The notes below the pieces were generated by a model. That model made no database searches and was not told the DNA's origin. It saw only the letters and a program-made list of their open reading frames with translations. The position numbers and the translations under genes were made by a program. From Schmidtea polychroa (taxonomy: Eukaryota), in NCBI GenBank assembly GCA_044892525.1, contig CM097885.1, forward strand, positions 53,012,001 to 53,076,000: DNA of 64,000 bases, given 5' to 3'. This document shows positions 24,494-32,371 of the stretch, piece after piece (within the stretch, counting starts at the first letter, position 1; every line of letters begins with the position of its first letter).

Positions 24494-25553
24494 TTATTTT
24501 ACGAAAATGTAATGTCAAATGAGTTTTTGAACCTTTTGGAAAGTTTATAAGTTTTCCACTATCATCACGAATATTTATTTCTATATTGTTTATACATGAA
24601 CTTGCTATTGGTAAATACATGGGATTATCGATATTTATATTGACAACTTCATCATGTTCATATTTTCCAATCCATACCGATTTCAAAAGAGGAACACTGG
24701 AATCACCAACAATTATGGGTTCGATAATGTTAGTATATATGAACATTTGTTGATGATGTTCTAGTATTCTTGGTTTGCGTATACCAGTCGATTTTTCTCG
24801 ATATTTTTGCCTATCTAATCCAAGTGAATTTGCCAAATTTTTATCAAATGTAACTTCGCAAATATCATCATTCAAACTGAAGGTAAACATCAAATCTTTC
24901 ACAATTTCCAAATTTTTAAATATGTGTGAACAATTGAACTTTAAATATTTAAGTAAATCATCAAGTTTATCAAAATATAATTCATCAGCAAAGGTAAATG
25001 ATTCTTCAACTTCATCATTATACGATACAGATATTTTGATTTCTTCTTTCATTACACTGTTTGCTTCAAATAGATTAAAACGTAATAAATACTCGGTCTC
25101 CGTAACAATATTTTTCAACTTATTGCAACCCATTCGTTTGGCATCTTCAAAAGTTTCGAATGTTATTGTAAATGGTTTAAAATCACAACTGATATTTAAT
25201 CCATCCTTGTAAAACATATAGCAATGCGAATCTAATATTTGATTCGGAATATGATATGTTTTATCATAATTACTGATAACAAAGATACCGCTACATGTTT
25301 TCACAATATTCCTTTTGAAATCAATCTTACATTGACTATAAAATGGGAATGTATTGTACACGAATGTAAAATCTTGCAGTGCAACTTCCCAGTCACCATT
25401 TAAAGAAATCGGATTCTGGAGATTGACCATAAATTTACTGGCTTGATTGTCTGGATGAATTAATGGGCAACTATTGCTCGGTAAAATAGTATAAAAATTC
25501 ACTTTACTAGGTCTTTTGCTGATATCCATGACGGGTTTTGATAACCATACCAT
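24486..25553 (-). CDS. Minor capsid/penton protein (PX)
   Basis: FYTILPSNS...N...F.V.L..PI.L.GDWEVAL at the N-terminus; FIYTNIIEP.IVGD..VPLL...IEINIRD..G...F...LHF at the C-terminus. Confidence 0.88.
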   Translation of the reverse strand: MVWLSKPVMDISKRPSKVNFYTILPSNSCPLIHPDNQASKFMVNLQNPISLNGDWEVALQDFTFVYNTFPFYSQCKIDFKRNIVKTCSGIFVISNYDKTYHIPNQILDSHCYMFYKDGLNISCDFKPFTITFETFEDAKRMGCNKLKNIVTETEYLLRFNLFEANSVMKEEIKISVSYNDEVEESFTFADELYFDKLDDLLKYLKFNCSHIFKNLEIVKDLMFTFSLNDDICEVTFDKNLANSLGLDRQKYREKSTGIRKPRILEHHQQMFIYTNIIEPIIVGDSSVPLLKSVWIGKYEHDEVVNINIDNPMYLPIASSCINNIEINIRDDSGKLINFPKGSKTHLTLHFRKING

Positions 25554-26131
25554 TTGACATAGTATTGTTTATCCTTACCGACCTTTTTAGTTTTCAATAT
25601 TTTTTGAATTCTAAATACTTTTGGAGGAGGAATGACTTGTAATTCCTGCTCATAAAATTTCCCTTGTACAATATTATTATCATTGTCTTTGATGACATAC
25701 ATTACAGGATTCTGTTTAGTATTTATTTTTGAAATTACAAAGACTTCATCACTCCAATTTGTATCAAAATTTTTAATAAATGGTGATGCACTAATTTTAC
25801 TAATTCTAACATGGTCACCGACTTTATATTTAGGTTTTGCAATTTTTACAGATTTCTTAGAAGTCAATGATGTTTTTGATGTAATATCAACCGGTCTCAA
25901 TCCATTCAGTCCTCGATGTGATGAATGATTATAACTTGTTATTATTTTCGGTAAAGCATTTACCCATTTTTTATTACCTTGATGCACAAACAATTTCTTT
26001 AATCTATCTCTCAATGTTCGATTAAATCTTTCAACATGGGCAGCTTTGTATTGAGAATGTACAGAGTAGTGATTTATTTTCAGTTTATCGAGGATTTGCT
26101 TAACTTTGCTATTGTAGAATTTTTTACCTAA

Positions 26132-26219
<88 letters not shown>

Positions 26220-26614
26220 TTAATACCTAAATCTGTTTGCAAGTTATTAGGATGTCCATCTTTAAATAAAATATTAATTGCCTTGGACATTTCTTCTGCA
26301 GATTTTGCCTTGACTGGTATTGCTCGTGCAAACCTGCTGTATACATTAATACATGTTAAAATATATTTATTCCCATTGTTAATTTTCGAATACGGTATCA
26401 TCTCCATCAAATCCATTTGCCATAAATCGTCAATACCGAATGTTTTATACGCTCTTGTTGGAAATCTTTTCCGCATTGGTTTGTTCAAACTGTACGCAAG
26501 CTGATCTGATAACCACGTCTGGGTTTCTTTTTTCGAATTCGGAACTCTTTTGTTTAATTTTGCCACTCCACCGAAACCGGCTTCGTCTTCTGGGTTCGTC
26601 CAAATCTTCTCCAT
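25499..26614 (-). CDS. Retroviral-like DDE integrase with C-terminal chromodomain; one intron (26128-26226)
   Basis: WQMDL, QTDLG|K.FYN, VERFNRTL, YN.S.H, chromodomain YYVKWYGY. The poly-Ile run in the ORF track is a GT-AG intron. Confidence 0.93.
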
Positions 26615-26672
26615 TACAGCAAGAAGATTTAAAATTTAAATTTAAATTAGGTAATGAAGGATTAGCACCCAT
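26445..26672 (-). CDS. Putative overprinted 75-aa protein with N-myristoylation motif (MGANPS)
   Basis: ATG 3 nt after the pX-like stop in good context (ACAATGG). Overlaps the integrase 5' end in another frame. Also open in Mav-B (51523-51750). Confidence 0.45.
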   Translation of the reverse strand: MGANPSLPNLNLNFKSSCCNGEDLDEPRRRSRFRWSGKIKQKSSEFEKRNPDVVIRSACVQFEQTNAEKISNKSV

Positions 26673-26675
26673 TGT

Positions 26676-27209
26676 TTATGATTGATTTCCTACAACTCCA
26701 CCTAATAATGATAATGCCAGAGGTATCAATGCACCAATAAATCCACCTTGTTGTTTATATATAATTTTTCTCATTTGCTTACGATATTTATTATTTACTA
26801 AAGATAACAATGGTTTCCTATGTTTGCTCAATAAATGCTTTTTTGATTTACTGATTTTAATTTTGCCTTTGACTACTTTAAGTATAATATTGAGTAAATC
26901 ATCGACAACAAAATTTGGGAATGATTGCAATATATTCATTCTTTTCATACTCGGGGCCTTTAACAATGCATTAAAAAATGGAAAACTGCGATGATTTTTA
27001 ACTACTTTTTTACTGGTTTTACGGGTTTTACGGGTTTTACGTTTAGGTTTAGGATTTTTCGAAATAAGATTCATTGCAGAGAAATTTTCAGTTACAAGTT
27101 TTTTAGACGGTGTATAACTAGTTGTTGGTGGAAAATTTGGAACTTTAATACTCTTTCTAATACTTTTTCTTAATTTCCTAATATTTTTCACCCTTGCTTT
27201 TAGAAAAAT
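26676..27209 (-). CDS. Basic core protein with adenovirus pX-like C-terminus
   Basis: K/R-rich body ending KQQGGFIGALIPLALSLLGG. The start ATG seen in Mav-B (52286) reads ATT here. Confidence 0.7.
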   Translation of the reverse strand: MFLKARVKNIRKLRKSIRKSIKVPNFPPTTSYTPSKKLVTENFSAMNLISKNPKPKRKTRKTRKTSKKVVKNHRSFPFFNALLKAPSMKRMNILQSFPNFVVDDLLNIILKVVKGKIKISKSKKHLLSKHRKPLLSLVNNKYRKQMRKIIYKQQGGFIGALIPLALSLLGGVVGNQS

Positions 27210-27227
27210 TATTATTCATAGAGGTTT

Positions 27228-27854
27228 TCAACTTTGTTTATAAACCATGGCATCTTTTGGGTTGAAAATATTTGTTTTTACTCGTAAATCATCGGGACAT
27301 TGTTGCGTGAAATCAAGAAATATATATCCATGAGGTATTTTTGTAGCATCTTGAAATGCACTGATAAGAAAATTACGATTGTTAGGGTATGCTTGACGTG
27401 CAAGAAAATCAATCACTGTTGCATCTCTAGGATTCTTGAAAATAACTAAATATTGTACATTTAAATTACGTGTTCGATGTGCCCCACCTTGATGAAATAG
27501 ATTTTGTGTTATGAAAATAACTGTTACACCGACATGTCTGCTGATCTTTGTAAATAAATTATTAAAATCTTTTTCTTTATTAGCTTCTTGATACAAATCA
27601 TCGATAATAATGACATCACCTTTCTTTAATCGGCTGGACCAGTTTTTATCGAATCCCTTTACTATTTTCATGTTTTTTAATTTACAGAAACTTGATTGCG
27701 TCAATCCATGTTCTTCATCAGCACCCCTATGCCAATAAATCCTGTTGAATTTTGATTTGAATAAATTTGATTTTAGTAATTTACAAACAAATAATGTTTT
27801 TCCGCTACCACTCGGACCAACGATTTGGTATACTGCATCATTTCTTAATTCCAT
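27228..27854 (-). CDS. A32-like (FtsK/HerA) packaging ATPase
   Basis: Walker A GPSGSGKT, Walker B IIIDDL, SRH, ITQNLF, FKNPRD. Confidence 0.93.
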   Translation of the reverse strand: MELRNDAVYQIVGPSGSGKTLFVCKLLKSNLFKSKFNRIYWHRGADEEHGLTQSSFCKLKNMKIVKGFDKNWSSRLKKGDVIIIDDLYQEANKEKDFNNLFTKISRHVGVTVIFITQNLFHQGGAHRTRNLNVQYLVIFKNPRDATVIDFLARQAYPNNRNFLISAFQDATKIPHGYIFLDFTQQCPDDLRVKTNIFNPKDAMVYKQS

Positions 27855-27957
27855 TTCAAAAATTTTATAAATATATGTGTATTTGTTTATATTCGATGAT
27901 TTAATGAACTCGTGCTCAATTTGTATATAAAGACTAATTTTCATAAATGATTTAATA

Positions 27958-28396
27958 ATGTTAGCAAATATAAATTATCGAGGAAATTTTGATGTATCGA
28001 ATATGAGGTTCCCACCAGGGAAACCCCAGCAAATTATCGATAGAAGCGGGAAATATCCGATAATATTTTTCAAGACTGGTAAATGCAGAATCATGAGATG
28101 TAAGAAACCTTTGGATATTAATAAATTACAATATCGAATAAATAATATTATAATCCAATCAATTACCGTTACTATGGAAAGTGGGACATAGTATCAATCT
28201 ATATAACATGTCGAATAAATGTGATTGTATGTTTGAACCGGAATTGTTTCCGGCACTACGACTATTAAAATATAACCCTATATGTGTCAACGTGTTTGCT
28301 AGTGGAAAGGTTGTCATGTTGGGGTTGAGAAATTTGGAGTATAGAGAATTTGTTGACAATGTTCGAAATGAGATAATTTCATTGGTCGATTTCTAA
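27958..28396 (+). pseudogene. TBP-like protein (Mav-A), +1 frameshift near 28180
   Basis: IIFFKTGKCRIM in repeat 1 and FEPELFPAL...VFASGKVVMLG in repeat 2, split across two overlapping ORFs. Confidence 0.82.
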
Positions 28397-28467
28397 TTGG
28401 TTAATTTCTAATTGGTTATTGATTGATTTAAACAAACGGTTTTTGTTTAGGATTCATTTATTTCACT

Positions 28468-28885
28468 ATGTACAAAATTCCGAGCGCCGCGAATCTCATG
28501 AAAGATATTGACGATTATGGTAAATTTAAAATTTTTATTTTCACATTTTTTTATATTTATTATTTTAGAAAAATATCTAGAAGTCATGATCAATAGGATA
28601 AAATATTATTATCCGCAAATTGCTGAAGTAATCAAGGATCGGGAACCGGAAATCATACCTGATTTGATTTTTTATTCAACCCAAATAAGAATCATGGAGG
28701 TATTCCACCAATTTTTATGGGATGTCAAAATCAACAGAACTATGAAACAAATGGAGCCGGAGTACCAATGCATCATCGGATGCTCATGCTGTGCCGATCG
28801 ATATCGGCGATATGTCGAATGGGAGTTAGTGAAAACTCTGAGAAGGTTTCACTACTCCCGGATTGTAGATCTTGGATATGAATAA
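28468..28885 (+). CDS. Unknown Cys-containing protein, 2 exons (28468-28519, 28569-28885)
   Basis: In-frame splice via a 49-nt GT-AG intron. Similar to the Mav-B ORF at 53579-53947. Confidence 0.65.
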
Positions 28886-29287
28886 ATGTATTTTTGTATC
28901 TGTTGTGTTTTTATATTTGAAATAGTAATAAATAATAGTAATAAATAATAATAATTGTAATAGTAATAATAATAGTAATAATAGAAATAGAAATAATAAT
29001 AGAAATAATAATAGTAATAATAGAAATATGAATAGTAATAATAATAGTAATAATAGAAATATGAATAGTAATAATAATATTAGAAATAATAGTAAAAAAC
29101 ATTAATAATAATGAAACACATTAATAATAAATCTGTAAATAGAACATATAACAAAACATGTAATAATTTAAACATTAATAATAAAACACATAAATAATAA
29201 ATCTGTAAATAGAACATATAACAAAACATGTGACAATGCAACATCAATGCATTTTGAATGCAATTTAAACAAAGACATGCTATAATC

Positions 29288-29323
29288 TGATTGGTTGATA
29301 GGCATGAGTCAAAGGTATAAAAA
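29288..29323 (+). promoter_or_regulatory. Inverted CCAAT box + TATA box upstream of ORF 29357
   Basis: TGATTGGTTGATAG (identical at 30924-30937) followed by TATAAAAA at 29316. Confidence 0.55.
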
Positions 29324-29356
29324 CCCTGTAACATTTCAATTTATTCATTATTCACG

Positions 29357-29767
29357 ATGACCAAGAAAATTTCAAGCACCGAAAAACCTAAAGAAATGGT
29401 ACAACCAGTTCAAATGTTCCACAACTACAAAATGTATTTTTTGAAAGAAGAAATCAATATGAAATTGGTTGCACCAGTCAAGCTAATTCCAACTAAATTT
29501 CAATTCTTATCCGGCACGCTTTCAATGATTGATGTCAAAACTATTGATGATGTTTTTAAACGGATAGATTCGAATCTGTCGTGTAATCAACATGCATGGT
29601 TCAACAATAGATATGCAAGATTTTATGATGCTTTTGATGAAATCAGTTTCAAAGAAAATGAAAATTGGTATATAACAATTGCAATCCAGGGATATAAAGT
29701 TGATAATAATGATGTATATTTTCCTATTTGGAAAATTATGTCTGCTAGACTTTCACAAATATTTTAA
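29357..29767 (+). CDS. Unknown 136-aa protein, possible OB-fold ssDNA-binding protein
   Basis: Intact ORF with promoter motifs and downstream AATAAA. Homolog at 54150-54741. Confidence 0.7.
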   Translation: MTKKISSTEKPKEMVQPVQMFHNYKMYFLKEEINMKLVAPVKLIPTKFQFLSGTLSMIDVKTIDDVFKRIDSNLSCNQHAWFNNRYARFYDAFDEISFKENENWYITIAIQGYKVDNNDVYFPIWKIMSARLSQIF

Positions 29768-29900
29768 TGTTATATTTAATAAATGTATTAGTCATATTTG
29801 TTTTTTCTCTTTATTAATTGCAACATAAATGCAAATGACATGCAAATTTAACAAAGAAAATCTATAAACAAACTTATAATATAGTTTTAAAGTGATGAAA

Positions 29901-30277
29901 ATGACTGCAGAAAAAGGTTAACATGATTAATTAATTACCGAATTATTTATTATTTAGAATTTGTAATCAACTTTTTGTTGGAAAAGTTAGCAGAAATAGC
30001 TGGTGTGAAAATTGAGGACATATTATCTATTACAAATGCCTTAAATATCGGCTGGATAGTTGAGAGTCAAGATACAGGATTTGATGATGAGGAAGAAACT
30101 CAAGAAATTGATGAGGAAATCTATGAACCTATAGATGAACCTATAGATGAACCTGTAGAGGAACCTATAGAGGAACCTAAAGATGAACCTAAAGATAATA
30201 TTACGAATGATTGTATTGATCATGTCGTTGAAAATATAATGAAATGTGGAGATGACGACTGCGAATGTGTTAATTAA
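29901..30277 (+). CDS. Unknown acidic protein, 2 exons (29901-29916, 29959-30277), EPxD/E repeats
   Basis: MTAEK|EFVINFLLEKLAEI in frame across a short intron. Inverted homolog in Mav-B at 54814-55139. Confidence 0.65.
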
Positions 30278-30354
30278 TAAATTTTAGTTAATTAGTGTTT
30301 GTAAATTTATTTAAAATTTTATTTAAAAATCAAACAAAATAACTATATTAATTT

Positions 30355-30870
30355 TTATTTAAAAAACCTGCATAAAACATTCAAAATAGCAACACCTGTT
30401 GCAAGTTTTAAATAGTTTTTAAATTTGATTTTCTGTTGATCTATTTCCTTTGCATTTCTGGCGAGTTGATTCAGCACGCCCTATCCGCCATTGGCTTCAA
30501 TCCATGGCTGAAACTTTGACTTGATTATCTAGAAAATAAATATTAATAAAATAAATATTAATAAAAGTATTACTTCTTGAGACCACTGATAATAATGTTC
30601 AGAGTCCCATAAACTTCTTTCGATTATGATCTTCATATAAGCGAACCCTACTAGTATTCGGGTCCACTTCATCTCTTCGTCGCATAGACAGTTAAAAATC
30701 CTATGAAAATAGAATTTTTTCGTTTCGAGGCATTCGGAATTGAGCACATCCTCATAATCAATATGATTTCCTTCTATAATCTTTTCGGTCCGATCGACCA
30801 GGAAACTGAGGCTTTCCATAATATTCTTATTGATAAGTTCGCTTAAAAGATTTTCCATAAAATGAGACAT
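30355..30870 (-). pseudogene. Bcl-2-family homolog, 2 exons (30574-30870, 30355-30528), TAG at the BH2 Trp (30481-30483)
   Basis: BH1-like FHRIFNCLCDEEMKWTRILVGFAY, BH2-like FQPWIEANGG*, hydrophobic tail LATGVAILNVLCRFFK. Confidence 0.8.
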
Positions 30871-30899
30871 TTCTACAATAATTTAAAATATGATGTTTT

Positions 30900-30946
30900 A
30901 TTTATACTAATACCGTATGATTTTGATTGGTTGATAGACTATAAAT
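30900..30946. promoter_or_regulatory. Putative bidirectional promoter (TATA - CCAAT - TATA)
   Basis: TATAAAT on the minus strand (~30900-30906) toward the Bcl-2 ATG, central TGATTGGTTGATAG, TATAAAT on the plus strand (30940) toward ATG 30976. Confidence 0.55.
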
Positions 30947-30975
30947 GTAAAAGAAAGGTTTTGATTTGATACACC

Positions 30976-31476
30976 ATGAAAACTATATTCATATTGCTAA
31001 TTATTATAACGAGTGTGTGCTCACACAATACAACAATAACAGTGGAATCTTTTAATAAATCAATATGTGTTTGTCCGAATACAGCCAAGTTGATGGATAT
31101 TTTATATATTCTTGACAAACCAAAATGGTCAAAGCATCCAGGAAAAAGAATATCTCAAAGATTGGAGAATTTAGAAAACAGTTATGAACTATCATTTGCA
31201 TATATACAAAATATAAAAATTAAATTGATTGATCATATTGAAGTTTTCAATAACTCTATTGTTGAAAATAAAAAGAATATGAAAATTATTGATAAGAAGC
31301 ATGATTATTTGTGAAAAAAGATCGAATTATTATTAGGAGAAATTCAAACAATCAAAGGATCAATAGAATATCTGAAAATCAATTCGACGTTACCAATTTC
31401 AAACAATATTGCTGCGAATAGTAGTACATCAATATTTAGTTTACCTTTGTTAATTTTACATTATTTTATTGTTTAA
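30976..31476 (+). pseudogene. Signal-peptide, coiled-coil glycoprotein with hydrophobic C-terminus; one in-frame TGA at 31312-31314
   Basis: MKTIFILLIIITSVCS, several NxS/T sites. The frame stays open for 53 codons past the TGA to ...SIFSLPLLILHYFIV*, then AATAAA. Confidence 0.6.
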
Positions 31477-31617
31477 ATAAATGTATGTTTTGTTGATTTG
31501 TTTAATAATACCCTTGTGACTTGTTGAGCGTGACCAGTACCCTTGCGAGCATTACCCATAGGGGGACAAAATATTTTGTCGGATAAACTCGGGGCAGTAC
31601 CCTTGCGAGCATTACCC

Positions 31618-31689
<72 letters not shown>

Positions 31690-31760
31690 CAAAGTCGTAC
31701 CTGATTGGATGATTGACAAATCACCCGCAAATTACTTAGTAAATTTTGAACATTTTTGAA

Positions 31761-32371
31761 AATTTTAACCATAAATCAGTCTCTGACTAAAAAATTAATA
31801 ACCTTTGTACCAATGATGATAAAAATTATTTCTATGGCTTAAAAGATAGATCTTTGTCTGGCCTTCAAAATGATGTATAAATATTTAAATAATTTTGAAA
31901 ACTCAAAACGTTCTGGGAAGTCAAAAGGTATGTCACCGCTAGATCACTTAATAATAATATGACCTTGAAAATAATAATATTTTGAAAAATAATAATAATT
32001 TTAACCAAATTAGTGTCTGACTAAAAAATTAATAACTTTTGTACCACTGATGATAAAAATTATTTTAATGGCTCAAACGATAGATCTTCGTCTGAGCTTC
32101 AAAATGATGTATAGATATTTAAATAAATTTGAAAATTGAAAAAGTTCTGGGAAGTCAAAAGGTATGTCACCGCTAGATCACTTAATAATAATCGATAATT
32201 AAAACAAAAAAAAATTCTTTGTTTCAATGATCTTGATGAGTCATTGTCTTTGTTAAAAATTTGACCTTGAAAAAAAAAATCTTAAAAAAATTTTTCCTGC
32301 CGGGGGGGGTGGGGGGGGGGGGGTAGGTGACCTAGCGGTGACATGATCTGGCGGTGACACATCCATCTACT
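31761..32371 (-). repeat. Right TIR of Maverick A with a ~200-bp internal tandem duplication
   Basis: 32023-32371 is inverted relative to the left TIR; ~31761-31958 repeats ~31997-32190. Confidence 0.88.

Larger units (their letters stand above)
20295..32371. mobile_element. Maverick/Polinton A (12,077 bp), pPolB-deleted
   Basis: Termini AGTAGATGGATGTGTCACC..., ~330-bp TIRs, 6-bp TSD TTACTA (20289-20294, 32372-32377). Encodes integrase, ATPase, MCP, mCP and protease. Confidence 0.96.

Noticed and set aside
24775..25212. Antisense 145-aa ORF, identical at 49886-50323, and other antisense ORFs over transposases and P450
   Set aside because: They are shadows of real genes; the identity reflects near-identical DNA.
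30481..31314. Programmed stop-codon readthrough or an alternative genetic code explaining single stops in Bcl-2, the glycoprotein, MCP and Buster
   Set aside because: The stops are of all three types, and those with a comparator are one substitution from the expected sense codon. Frameshifts also occur, so ordinary decay is sufficient.
31535..31620. Direct repeat CAGTACCCTTGCGAGCATTACCCA, twice with a spacer, superficially CRISPR-like
   Set aside because: Only two units, eukaryotic context, no cas genes. It is a local duplication or possible regulatory repeat.
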